From: a virus
Taxonomy: Duplodnaviria; Caudoviricetes
DNA: 35,726 nt
Direction: 5' to 3' (one strand)
Virus record (IMG/VR): IMGVR_UViG_3300034341_000241
Coordinates: 1 to 35,726 of that record
Shown here: one piece after another, positions 25,880 through 34,886 of the stretch
Layout: every line of letters begins with the position of its first letter
Position numbering within the stretch: position 1 is the first letter of the stretch
The notes under the pieces: generated by a model
Database searches by the model: none
What the model was told of the DNA's origin: nothing
Seen by the model: only the letters and a program-made list of their open reading frames with translations
Position numbers and translations under genes: made by a program

Positions 25880-25914
25880 AAGGGCTGGCCAGAGAGATCT
25901 GACCGGCCCTTTTT
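25880..25914. terminator. Probably bidirectional intrinsic terminator at arm convergence
   Basis: 14 position stem AAGGGCTGGCCAGA/TCTGACCGGCCCTT with GAGA loop and T tract on +; lies between convergent stops at 25872 and 25919. Confidence 0.88.
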
Positions 25915-25918
25915 AGTT

Positions 25919-26242
25919 TTACTGAAGGGTATCTGTAGCGGAGCCTGCGCCCGCTTCTAGAGCTACTTTTTCCTTGTGCAGCGCCTTCTGTTCAGAATAC
26001 CATTCACCCAAGCCTTCCGTAGCAAGGATCTCTTCATCCGTAAGAGGGACACGAGTTAACGAATCCCCTTCATGCATCTTGTACACTTCAGAGCGACCGT
26101 CAAAGAAGTCAGCTGATACTACACCAGTGTCGCTGATACGTAACTGGACACAGCCCGTGTAGTCCTTTACCGTATCTTCTATTCTGTTATGGGTGTTGCC
26201 TTCATATTCATATTCTTCACGAGTAATTGATACTTTATACAT
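25919..26242 (-). CDS. Hypothetical protein
   Basis: AAGGA SD; co-oriented after the RNR gene. Confidence 0.75.
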   Translation of the reverse strand: MYKVSITREEYEYEGNTHNRIEDTVKDYTGCVQLRISDTGVVSADFFDGRSEVYKMHEGDSLTRVPLTDEEILATEGLGEWYSEQKALHKEKVALEAGAGSATDTLQ

Positions 26243-26257
26243 ATTTTATTTCCTTAG

Positions 26258-27964
26258 TTAGATTCCACATACGCCGCTAGCACACGCTGCGTCGCCATTC
26301 TCTTCAAATACCATACCTTCACTTTCTTTAGCTTCAGCGTAAGGTACAACGTTTAACGGTTGACCACCTCGACTTCCGTCAGGATAGAACGTTAACCCAC
26401 GTAACCGTGGTGAGTATTTAGCGATGATGTTAGCCATCTCCTCTACCCTATCTTCGCAGTTAACTTCTGTACCCCAAGCAGGTAAGTTCAAAGTAGAACT
26501 GATCGCCATGTCCACATAGTCCTGTACGTCTGCTTGGAAAGCAATACGTCTCTCAGGATCTTCGGCCATCGTACCAGCTGTGTCAATATTATCAGGGTCT
26601 ACATTGTATTGGTCAATCATCAGCTGGGCTGTTGAGTCTACCACATACTCGTATTTCCATTGGTCTCCGCCAACAAGGTAACGACGCTTGTAGGCAACGG
26701 CGAACAACGGCTCGATTCCGGTGGTTGTACCGGCAAGGATTCCGATTGTTCCTGTTGGTGCAATGGCTCGATAAGCAACAGGACGATTAATACCGATATA
26801 GTCACAGAGTAAATTCGCAGCACGTTCAGACTCAGATTGGTAGACCTCCAACCATTCCCGCAGTTCTTCACACATCCCATACTTATACCCTCTCTTTAAT
26901 AACCATTCATGTATTCCCATCAGTCCTAGCCCCAGACGGCGGTTCTTATCGCGTATCTCGTGGATCTTATGGGAAGGTAAGTCTGCTTCTAACGTCCCGC
27001 AGACAAGGAACATGGAGCTTACACGCACTATCTCTTTAAACTCTTCGATAGTCGCGATGTTGCCCATGTTTATCGAACCTAAGTTACAACAGTCTGAGTC
27101 ATCCGCTGATACCACCTCACAACAAGCATTTCTTAGCGTCTCGTTAACGAACTCAAAGAAGTTGAAGCTGAATCCGGGTTCCCCGTTCTTCATGGCCCAT
27201 CGTACATTCTCCATGAATGTATCAGGAATGTTTACTATAGGTAACATATAGATGCCATACAGCCCTTCTGTAGAGTATATGTCACACAACTCCTCGAACG
27301 TCATGTCGTATACTTCCGACAAGAAGTCGTTGTCATAGTTCAACGAGATATTCGTCATGTCCAGAGGGGCAGCTGCGTTGTAGTTACCTTCCTTAATCTC
27401 TTTCCAAGACATGTCGTCTACTGGGCCATTGTTCTCCCAATCTTTCTCCACAAGGAAGGCAGAAGCGTCGGCGTGTTTCCAGTTTAAGGATGCGTATATA
27501 GCAGATCGTCTAGACCCACCTTGCATGACATTTCTTCCCAACTCATTGATGGTGTGCATGAGAGGGATAGGACCACTTGCTGTACCTCCGGTACGTCCGA
27601 GAGGCGCTCCTCTAGGCCGGAACACGCTGTAATCAATCCCAATACCCCCGCCTGACATAAGACAATCAGATGCCCTACGAGACAGTCTGCCCCATTCTTC
27701 ACGAGTATCCTCCTCCCCTTTTAATAGGAAACAATTATTGTAGAACCGTGCCTTACGGCCAGCATAGTAGATGTACCTGCCGCCGGGAAGGAACTTGAAG
27801 GCCCGTATAGCGTCATACAAGTCTCCTCGATCCTTAACATTCAAGTGGTTATGGGTTACGTCATCGACAATATCGCCAGCTTTTTCTTTCCAAGTTTGGC
27901 CGGGGAATGTAGCATACTTGTGTTGAAAGATGTTCTCAGCAAACCCGTTCTTAAACTCACTCAA
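26258..27964 (-). CDS. nrdJ: Class II (adenosylcobalamin-dependent) ribonucleotide reductase, compact form
   Basis: FLPGGR, NNCF, GGGIGIDYS, QGGSRRSA, EPGF, NACCE finger loop, CNLGS, IAPTGT, C-terminal CASGVC; no ATP cone and no nrdB nearby. Confidence 0.9.
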   Translation of the reverse strand: MSEFKNGFAENIFQHKYATFPGQTWKEKAGDIVDDVTHNHLNVKDRGDLYDAIRAFKFLPGGRYIYYAGRKARFYNNCFLLKGEEDTREEWGRLSRRASDCLMSGGGIGIDYSVFRPRGAPLGRTGGTASGPIPLMHTINELGRNVMQGGSRRSAIYASLNWKHADASAFLVEKDWENNGPVDDMSWKEIKEGNYNAAAPLDMTNISLNYDNDFLSEVYDMTFEELCDIYSTEGLYGIYMLPIVNIPDTFMENVRWAMKNGEPGFSFNFFEFVNETLRNACCEVVSADDSDCCNLGSINMGNIATIEEFKEIVRVSSMFLVCGTLEADLPSHKIHEIRDKNRRLGLGLMGIHEWLLKRGYKYGMCEELREWLEVYQSESERAANLLCDYIGINRPVAYRAIAPTGTIGILAGTTTGIEPLFAVAYKRRYLVGGDQWKYEYVVDSTAQLMIDQYNVDPDNIDTAGTMAEDPERRIAFQADVQDYVDMAISSTLNLPAWGTEVNCEDRVEEMANIIAKYSPRLRGLTFYPDGSRGGQPLNVVPYAEAKESEGMVFEENGDAACASGVCGI

Positions 27965-28179
27965 AATGGCACCTCCAGTGCTTCTAGTTCTATTAATAGA
28001 TCAACATAGTGTTTGATCTTCTTTAAGTCTTCTAAGCCGTTCTTATTCCGCCATCGACAAGCATACTTAACTATGTTAGCTTCACAGTAAGGTAAGTTGT
28101 TTTTGGTAATGAACTCGATCGGCTGTATAGGGAAGTCTTTGTAGTGACTCCCCCCTTCCTGCGTATCTAATGCTTTCAT
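27961..28179 (-). CDS. DUF3310 protein (T7 gp1.7 nucleotide kinase-like)
   Basis: GGSHYK..IQPIEFI...EANIVKY..R..KNGLEDLKK..HY signature. Confidence 0.85.
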   Translation of the reverse strand: MKALDTQEGGSHYKDFPIQPIEFITKNNLPYCEANIVKYACRWRNKNGLEDLKKIKHYVDLLIELEALEVPF

Positions 28180-28460
28180 AACTCCTCCAAATGGTTATCG
28201 GCGCTTGCATATAGTGCTCTCTCCAAGATCATAGAGACTTTCATCCCTATCGCTCCTCCAATAGCGGCACCCAATGCATACGGTACTATTAAGGCAGTGT
28301 CCCAAGCATCTATGTCCATCTGTCGGAAACATATAAACCATGCTATGTTTCCTACGAATGTGGCTGTGAATGCGTAAGAAAAGTGATCTCGGTTACGTGC
28401 TCTTGAAGCCACAGCAAACGTGATTGTTTGAAATAGCGCTAAAGTAAATACTAATAACAT
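28176..28460 (-). CDS. Three-TM membrane protein
   Basis: Three hydrophobic helices, SRARNR loop, YALGAAIGGAIG small-residue packing motif. Confidence 0.75.
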   Translation of the reverse strand: MLLVFTLALFQTITFAVASRARNRDHFSYAFTATFVGNIAWFICFRQMDIDAWDTALIVPYALGAAIGGAIGMKVSMILERALYASADNHLEEL

Positions 28461-28462
28461 AA

Positions 28463-28597
28463 TTACCCCAACGCTAAGTTAGTTCCTTCACTGTATACGA
28501 TGTATAACCTGAAGCCTGTGTAAGCCATTAAAGACAGAACAGCGCTAAGGAATACCGTATCATATACAGCCCTCTCTTTTCTACTGATTAAACTCAT
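28463..28597 (-). CDS. 44 aa single-TM protein not in the ORF track
   Basis: Manual translation MSLISRKERAVYDTVFLSAVLSLMAYTGFRLYIVYSEGTNLALG; ATGA overlap with the upstream gene, GGGGA SD, fills the gap exactly. Confidence 0.7.
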   Translation of the reverse strand: MSLISRKERAVYDTVFLSAVLSLMAYTGFRLYIVYSEGTNLALG

Positions 28598-29271
28598 GCA
28601 TCTTCCCCTAAGTCCATGTAGTTAACATAAGGCTCGCCTTCTATTACTACCCCGCAACCGATAATAGGTTTACGTAAGAAGTGTTTGCCGTAGGCCATTG
28701 CCATAGAGTCTACATCTACCCCACAGCCTACAGCCATCCCCCAAACAAGGCGGTGTTGGCTAGCACTAGCAGAGATACCGCAGTTCCCGTGGGCGTGTCC
28801 TGTAACAGTTCTACACATACGTTGTTCAGCATCCCTTCGGAAACCGTTGACGCCGTTAGCTGTATATCCATGATGGTATAGCACCCCGTCAATAGTAACT
28901 GTATCTACAATCTCCCAACCTTTTGGCATGTCGTACACTTCTTGCAAAGGACGCATCCATACTTCGGCGTCCATGCCGAGCTTCTTCAGCTGTCTAGCTG
29001 GGATAAGGTCATGGTTACCATTACACAGTTGTAGCTTAGGGAATGCCTCATACCAAGGCTGTAGTCGCTCTCTCGCGTCCTCCAGCTCCCCGTTGATGCC
29101 CTTAAGCATAGGCTCTGAGTCATGGAAAGACAAAGCATGGTGGTCGATTAGATCTCCAATGTGGACGATCCGATCACAGTCCCACGCTTCAAACGTCTCC
29201 TGACAAAACTCTAAGTAGCCGTCTAAACAGTACGGCTCGTGTGTATCTCCAATAATACCAACTCTTGCCAT
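28594..29271 (-). CDS. Calcineurin-like metallophosphoesterase
   Basis: All five motifs present: GDTH, GDLID, GNHD, HHG, GHAH. Confidence 0.92.
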   Translation of the reverse strand: MARVGIIGDTHEPYCLDGYLEFCQETFEAWDCDRIVHIGDLIDHHALSFHDSEPMLKGINGELEDARERLQPWYEAFPKLQLCNGNHDLIPARQLKKLGMDAEVWMRPLQEVYDMPKGWEIVDTVTIDGVLYHHGYTANGVNGFRRDAEQRMCRTVTGHAHGNCGISASASQHRLVWGMAVGCGVDVDSMAMAYGKHFLRKPIIGCGVVIEGEPYVNYMDLGEDA

Positions 29272-29273
29272 TG

Positions 29274-29552
29274 TTACTTTCTCCCGTCAGGTAGTGAAAA
29301 GAAGGTACGGTGTGTATGCCTCGCAGCATCTTGATTGAAACCCCATGTTTCTTGCATGTCAAACTCTATGTCTTCAACATCCATAAGAACACAGGTTTGG
29401 TCACAGATGGTAGGATTCTTAATCCCTGCCCACCGTGTTTTAAGCTCCCGCATCTCCTCATGGAGCTTGTTAAGTTTTTTGATCGCGGCCTCATCCAAAC
29501 CTTGTCTCTCCGCAAGTGCTAGGTTAATATAGTTTGTCTCTTCATGTTCCAT
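29274..29552 (-). CDS. Hypothetical protein
   Basis: Coupled to neighbours; EFDMQETWGFNQDAARH motif. Confidence 0.7.
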   Translation of the reverse strand: MEHEETNYINLALAERQGLDEAAIKKLNKLHEEMRELKTRWAGIKNPTICDQTCVLMDVEDIEFDMQETWGFNQDAARHTHRTFFSLPDGRK

Positions 29553-29758
29553 TACGCCATCCCCGCTATTTTCGCTAACTCTCGTACAGCATTAAGTTTA
29601 TCAGGCATTGTCAGCATGTGACAATACTCCTTAACATCCTCCTTACCTAAGTCCGTATTAATATTACGCATGGCTACCGCTCTGTTGTAAGCCTGTAGCT
29701 CTTTATTTTCTACATCATCAAACATCGAGTAGCCTTTATAGTTTCTTGTTTCGCTCAT
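29552..29758 (-). CDS. Hypothetical protein
   Basis: Tightly packed in the operon; YKGYSMFDDVE..LQAYNR motif. Confidence 0.7.
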   Translation of the reverse strand: MSETRNYKGYSMFDDVENKELQAYNRAVAMRNINTDLGKEDVKEYCHMLTMPDKLNAVRELAKIAGMA

Positions 29759-30176
29759 CTTGTTTCCTCTTAGTGGCTATAGCTCTTTCTTCGGCTGTCT
29801 TGGTTTCGTGACAAGCGTAACACAAGGCATCAAACTCATCCAGATTTACAAAAGCTCTGGCTATGACTTCATCCCATGTACGTCTACCTACGGCTGGGTC
29901 TATAATAGGGTTACGGTGGTCGGCATATATGTTCTTAACCTTCTTCCATACGCCGGGCTTGGTTTTAAGCTCCCGTTTAATACTTGCGGGAACTTCTTTA
30001 CCACACCCGTCACATTTATACCAACCACGCCGGACTCTAGCACGCTTAATACATTCGTGTCTTGGTCCCCACTTGGTCAGCCCTTGGCGTATCAACCCTT
30101 TAATAAAACTGTCCATACGCCCTTGTGTCCATTCTCCGTCGTTGTAGGGCTTATCACTCATCCTCTTCCTCGCCAT
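29736..30176 (-). CDS. Zn-binding HNH endonuclease
   Basis: YKCDGC, ADHRNP and LCYACHETKT motifs. Confidence 0.85.
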   Translation of the reverse strand: MARKRMSDKPYNDGEWTQGRMDSFIKGLIRQGLTKWGPRHECIKRARVRRGWYKCDGCGKEVPASIKRELKTKPGVWKKVKNIYADHRNPIIDPAVGRRTWDEVIARAFVNLDEFDALCYACHETKTAEERAIATKRKQDERNKKL

Positions 30177-30339
30177 CTAGTTCCCAATAACACCACCCAC
30201 ACCTTACTACCCGTTCTTCGTCAACAGACCAGAACGGGCAATCACATTCAGGGCAGCACAGGGCCTCCGCCTCTGGGGGTACACGCGGCTTGAATTTAAG
30301 CACATTATCGTCATCTTTTTTACCATCTTCCTCGTCCAT
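30154..30339 (-). CDS. Small acidic Zn-ribbon protein
   Basis: CPEC and CGWC pairs; NVLKFKP motif. Confidence 0.65.
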   Translation of the reverse strand: MDEEDGKKDDDNVLKFKPRVPPEAEALCCPECDCPFWSVDEERVVRCGWCYWELDGEEEDE

Positions 30340-30347
30340 ATTAGATC

Positions 30348-30572
30348 CTATTTATCTATATAGTCGTATATTAAGCGGTAGCTGTTCTCTAAGACGTCAG
30401 CGGCTTTAACACAGGCACTTGCGAACTCTCGCATCTCTACCATATCTAGCTTAACGCCGTAGTTCATGTGGTCTTTAAAGTTAACTGTAATCTCCCCATT
30501 AGATTCAATAGTTACACTGTCTTGTGGGTCGAGGCTACAGCTGGCTTCGTACAATACTTCGGTTTCTTCCAT
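30348..30572 (-). CDS. Hypothetical protein
   Basis: AGGAG SD; fills the gap after the exonuclease. Confidence 0.65.
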   Translation of the reverse strand: MEETEVLYEASCSLDPQDSVTIESNGEITVNFKDHMNYGVKLDMVEMREFASACVKAADVLENSYRLIYDYIDK

Positions 30573-30573
30573 A

Positions 30574-31461
30574 TTACTCTCCTATCGGTGGAACCCACAT
30601 AACGGGGTTACCTTCTTTATCTAGCTCCCTGACCATCCACAATAGATAAGCTTGCTCTAGAAGCTCCTCTAAGGCGTTCTCAGGGTACTTCTCTTCATAC
30701 AACTCATATACAGCCTTGTACATTTCAAGCTCTGTGTCGAGAGTATTTAACGTCTCATACGCCTTACGTGGACCAGCCCTCGGTACACCGGGAATATTAT
30801 CTACTGAATCTCCTACTATTAACTGATAATAAAATAAACTGTATCCGGTACAGTCGCACCTAACAAGCTGCGGAGATCCGTCCTTGTATGTCTTCGTCTT
30901 ATGGTACTTAGGAACGATCTCACCCTTCCCTTGCACAAAGTAAGGCTCCTTCTCGCCGATATGCTCACCGACAGGCCAACTATAATGCCAACCGGGCACC
31001 ATACGTAAGTCTTTATCGTTGGTGCAGATTATAGTTCCACATGTTAGAGCATCCTTCTCCTCTAGCTCCAGCCCCATAGCACCTTTCCAAGTAGCGACTC
31101 GATCAGATGTCTGCTCAATAGCCATAGCATCATCCGCTTCCATACCTTCTACGACTTGGGCACCCCAACTGTCGATAAGGTAGGTCGTGATGTCGTTATA
31201 TAACAACGGTTTCTCTTCTTTGCGCGACCCTTTATAGACCTTCTTCTTAGCAATTTTCTCACGGAAGTTTCCTTTACCTGTTAAATATAACAAAGGGTAT
31301 CCCGTAGCACCGCTGTTCTTCATAACGCTTTTGATGAACATGTTAACAGAGTGTTTCCATGACCCCTCATCGGCTACCGTTATCGTTCCGTCCTCCTCTT
31401 TCTTCTGGCAAGCAAAAGCTAGGGCGTACCTAATCATGTCAGCGTCTACTAAAGCCTTCAC
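30574..31461 (-). CDS. 5'-3' exonuclease (T7 gp6 / FEN-like)
   Basis: LVDAD, NFR, YKGSR, EADD, DKDL and GDSVDNIPG motifs. Confidence 0.92.
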   Translation of the reverse strand: MKALVDADMIRYALAFACQKKEEDGTITVADEGSWKHSVNMFIKSVMKNSGATGYPLLYLTGKGNFREKIAKKKVYKGSRKEEKPLLYNDITTYLIDSWGAQVVEGMEADDAMAIEQTSDRVATWKGAMGLELEEKDALTCGTIICTNDKDLRMVPGWHYSWPVGEHIGEKEPYFVQGKGEIVPKYHKTKTYKDGSPQLVRCDCTGYSLFYYQLIVGDSVDNIPGVPRAGPRKAYETLNTLDTELEMYKAVYELYEEKYPENALEELLEQAYLLWMVRELDKEGNPVMWVPPIGE

Positions 31462-31748
31462 AGTTCTTCCTCCATCAGCGTGAACACACCCTTGGCGGTT
31501 TCAGTCATACCTTTGCCTATATACTTAGCTTTTAGGTTGCCGCCTTTATACAATGCGTCTGTGTCAACAGTCCTGACATCACCTTCAGGGTTTATCTGTG
31601 TGGATCTTCCACCCCAGATTATGTCTGTAGTGCGCCATAGTTCTTTAATACACGGGGAAGTGGCAGGCTGCCCAATATGGGCAACCCTCTCATCAGTAAA
31701 CCGATCGTTCCACTCCTTAGCTTCTAGCTTAGTAGGGATTGTCTGCAT
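31458..31748 (-). CDS. Hypothetical protein
   Basis: Overlaps both neighbours in operon fashion. Confidence 0.65.
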   Translation of the reverse strand: MQTIPTKLEAKEWNDRFTDERVAHIGQPATSPCIKELWRTTDIIWGGRSTQINPEGDVRTVDTDALYKGGNLKAKYIGKGMTETAKGVFTLMEEEL

Positions 31749-32451
31749 CTTTACCGCCTTCCGTTAAAGGGGCTTCAGGAACTGCTTCCGGCGCTTTATC
31801 AGCTTTCTCAGGAGCTGTGCCCCCTTTCAAGGCAGTGTATAAAGGCATTCCTTGGTAGTTATTAGCTTTCTTGATCTCATCCTGTAACCACTGAGGCAGG
31901 TCGTTAAACACCGCCGCATCTACCGCATCGTCTTCAGGATCGAAGAAGAGGGCGGGGTTAACCAAGTCAGGCTGTGTATAGCCCGGCATATTAGCCGCTG
32001 GTGTAACACCCTTGACGTCGTTGAAGGTACGGCCTGCGTGGGCACCTTCCTTCACGGTACGGGACTTCATAGTAAGCTGTACCGCTGTACCTAGCAGGGT
32101 GCTATCCCAGACATACTCGTTCAAGCTAGTAACTCCGGGACGGTAAGCCTTGAATCGCTTAGTGCTTGTGGCTAAGTCAAGACTAGCCGCCTTGAACGGG
32201 ATAGTCTCTGACTCCCAACGAGGCTTATCCTCTACCTCGTTACCTTCTTCATCGGCCATAAACTCGTGTGATAACTCATACGTAATACGTACTGAGTCAC
32301 ATGGGGGTTTAGGCTGGCCTTGATAAGCCCGCTGCTCTTGTACTCCTAAGAATACAATTTGAACGATACGAGCGGGGAAAGCTCCGTCAAGGGCTTTCTG
32401 TTCTACTTTGTTACCAGTCGGTGCTGGTGCGTTATTAGCATTACGTGCCAT
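31729..32451 (-). CDS. Single-stranded DNA-binding protein-like (OB fold inferred)
   Basis: Between polymerase and exonuclease; PARIVQIVFLGVQ and LPQWLQDEI motifs; flexible tail ending DADNPY (acidic plus terminal aromatic). Confidence 0.7.
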   Translation of the reverse strand: MARNANNAPAPTGNKVEQKALDGAFPARIVQIVFLGVQEQRAYQGQPKPPCDSVRITYELSHEFMADEEGNEVEDKPRWESETIPFKAASLDLATSTKRFKAYRPGVTSLNEYVWDSTLLGTAVQLTMKSRTVKEGAHAGRTFNDVKGVTPAANMPGYTQPDLVNPALFFDPEDDAVDAAVFNDLPQWLQDEIKKANNYQGMPLYTALKGGTAPEKADKAPEAVPEAPLTEGGKDADNPY

Positions 32452-32460
32452 ATTTATCTC

Positions 32461-34356
32461 CTAGTGTATTTCATACCAATTTTTACCTACTTCCGCGTCC
32501 CCAACTTGAGGACAGTGGTCTAGCTTAAAGAACGTACCGGCATCAACAATAGCTTGCTCTGCCATCTGCTTGATCTTGTCAGCATGTTCCTCTTCACACT
32601 CAATAGTGTATTCATCGTGATACCAACAAACATACGCCCAATCTTTGCCCCATTCAAACCCTGCTGCTAGCAAGCGTTTATAGAGCATGACATAAGCGGC
32701 AGCCATTGTTATAGCCTCGTCGGACTGGAGTACGTATACAAGAATCGCGTGTTCAGATTCGATGAAGACAGGTCTTCCATCCAACCCTCTAATCCATCCG
32801 TTCTTATATCTTTTACGTCCCCACTTCTCTTCTACATGAGCGTTACCTCTCCATTCATCAGACAGTCTTTCAACCAAAGCGGCCTGTGCAGGGAAGACTT
32901 TCTCTAATTCCTTGCGGATAGACATCCCTGCGTCTTCGCCCCCTCCACCCATCTCTCCGAGTTTCCCGTCAGACGCCCCAAACTTCCAACCGAAGTTGTA
33001 GTTCTTCGCCTTTCCTCGGACCACTGGAGCGAGTCCATGAGCTTTGTGGGCAATATTTACCGCCTTCATAGCAAGAGAATGGCCGTCAGTGCCTAACGCC
33101 TTGTCTCCGTTAAGCAGCATGTCGGTAAACTCTTGGTTCTTAGCCCTCTGTGCAAGCATACGGTCTTGACAACCCCCTGCATCACAGCCTATTAGCACCC
33201 TTCCTTCCGGTGCGATGAAGCATTTACGCATCCACTTCCCGAAGAAAGTGTCTACGTTCGGCACATTAGCGATGTTGGCATGTCTCGCTCTCCCTGTGTT
33301 CGCCAACCCTGATACTCTACTCTCAAGTCTCCCGTCAGGGCGAGTACGTGACATCCACCCCTTTATGGTCGAGTGTCTATCCTTGAACACTACGTATCTA
33401 GCTAATGATTTACCAATCTTTCCTGTAACACCCTCGAACGGATCGTCCGAGTTTAACTTAGGGCCAGTTCTCTCTCCTGTCTTCTTACTTTTGTTCCAGA
33501 CCGCAGGTATCCAACCTATCGAGAGAAGATAGTCTTTAACTTCCCTGTCCTTGTCCATAGATACGTGACGGAACTGTACACGACTGTGGGGACCGGCTAT
33601 TAGGTGAACGTCATCTCCCCAGTACTTGACTACGTGGGCGTTAGGCTTACCTGACTTAAGGAACGGGGATTTGATATAACTGTATATCCCAGCCTTCTTA
33701 GTCTCCTTCACCTCCAATACCATAGGAAGTGTAGGGGTTATAGCACCACGCAGGTTATCCATCCATTTAGTTAAAAAGTATTGGCAACGGTCCATATGTT
33801 CCCTGTCAACTAACCAGCCGTACTCTTCCTGTCGTTGGAGTACCTCGAATAGCTTAAAGTTCAACAGCCATGCGGGCCGCCATTCAAACCCTCTAGCTTC
33901 TTGCATCAACTCCTTATATATCAAGTGCTGTATCTCTACATCCTCGCTACAGCGGTGCATCATCTCTGGTGTGTATTGCGACCAGTCCTCAATCTCCGGC
34001 TTCCACCGACCGAAACGGTAACCCCAAGCTTCTACGCTATGTGGCCCAGCTGCTGATTGCATCCCCCAAGGACGGGGACGATCAGGGAACTGAAGTCTTG
34101 ACATAATAAGCGTGTCAACTTTCTTACCTTTGAACTCATAGCCGTACAGTCTTCTTAGCAGGGGCCAATCGTAGCCTATCCCGTTGTGCATTATGAGCAC
34201 ATCAACGGTGTCCATAAACTGTAGCATTGCTATAATTTCAGTATTCTTAAACTTAAACACCTCTTCAGTGTTAATGTCTTTGAACACCCCGCAGTGGACA
34301 ACCGTAGCTTCTTGTAGTAGACCATTGGCTTCTAAGTCAGCTACGCATACTTTCAA
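32461..34356 (-). CDS. polA: Family A DNA polymerase with 3'-5' exonuclease
   Basis: ExoI DLE, ExoII HNGIGYD, ExoIII RCSEDV; TGR, motif A GCDAGGCQDR, motif B RGKAKNYNFGWKFG, motif C YHDE; AGGAGG SD with TTG start. Confidence 0.95.
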   Translation of the reverse strand: MKVCVADLEANGLLQEATVVHCGVFKDINTEEVFKFKNTEIIAMLQFMDTVDVLIMHNGIGYDWPLLRRLYGYEFKGKKVDTLIMSRLQFPDRPRPWGMQSAAGPHSVEAWGYRFGRWKPEIEDWSQYTPEMMHRCSEDVEIQHLIYKELMQEARGFEWRPAWLLNFKLFEVLQRQEEYGWLVDREHMDRCQYFLTKWMDNLRGAITPTLPMVLEVKETKKAGIYSYIKSPFLKSGKPNAHVVKYWGDDVHLIAGPHSRVQFRHVSMDKDREVKDYLLSIGWIPAVWNKSKKTGERTGPKLNSDDPFEGVTGKIGKSLARYVVFKDRHSTIKGWMSRTRPDGRLESRVSGLANTGRARHANIANVPNVDTFFGKWMRKCFIAPEGRVLIGCDAGGCQDRMLAQRAKNQEFTDMLLNGDKALGTDGHSLAMKAVNIAHKAHGLAPVVRGKAKNYNFGWKFGASDGKLGEMGGGGEDAGMSIRKELEKVFPAQAALVERLSDEWRGNAHVEEKWGRKRYKNGWIRGLDGRPVFIESEHAILVYVLQSDEAITMAAAYVMLYKRLLAAGFEWGKDWAYVCWYHDEYTIECEEEHADKIKQMAEQAIVDAGTFFKLDHCPQVGDAEVGKNWYEIH

Positions 34357-34379
34357 AACAACCTCCTATAGATATGTTT

Positions 34380-34886
34380 CTATGTGTACTCAAATTCCTT
34401 AATAAAAGAACCACAGATCTGGCTAACCCTTTGCGGGGTGATACCTAACTCTTCAGCAATCTGCCTGTTTTTCTGGCTATAGACCAGACTCCGTGTTAAC
34501 ACTTTACGTTTCTTTTCGCTAGGGACTATATCAATTAGCTCCACCAAGTGCCTAGACTCTTCCTCCGCCTCCAAAACGGCCTCTGGCCCGCTGTCCTCCT
34601 CAAACTGTTGGGCGGATACTAAACCAGATTCTATAATCTCGTCCTTAACACCTATACGGACGTTCTTCCGATACAGGTCATACGCTCTAGACTTAAGGGC
34701 TGTAGTAAAGAAGTTAGGTATCTTATCTTCCTCCGTCAAAGCCCCTGTAGTAACTTGCCGTAGAACAGTAATGACTGCCTCTGACACAACTTCCTCCGCG
34801 TCATCAGGGTTATCAAGACGGGAACGTGCTCTCTTCACCAATGCCTTGTAGTTCTTTTCGTAATATTCAGCTACCTTGTCCTTCAT
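34380..34886 (-). CDS. ECF-like sigma-70 family factor
   Basis: Region 2 (DDAEEVVSEAVITVL...AYDLYRK) and region 4 HTH (NRQIAEELGITPQRVSQI) only; 168 aa. Confidence 0.85.
   Translation of the reverse strand: MKDKVAEYYEKNYKALVKRARSRLDNPDDAEEVVSEAVITVLRQVTTGALTEEDKIPNFFTTALKSRAYDLYRKNVRIGVKDEIIESGLVSAQQFEEDSGPEAVLEAEEESRHLVELIDIVPSEKKRKVLTRSLVYSQKNRQIAEELGITPQRVSQICGSFIKEFEYT

Noticed and set aside
26258-34356. Inteins or introns in nrdJ or polA (terL also checked)
   Set aside because: ORFs are continuous and of compact size, with no intein splice motifs or embedded homing nuclease.
370-34402. Many antisense or alternate-frame ORFs in the track (for example 788-1069, 1554-1817, 11394-11885, 17305-17784, 18846-19325, 29760-30293, 33215-33532)
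   Set aside because: They overlap well-supported genes, lack recognisable motifs and are explained as shadows of codon bias or collagen repeats.
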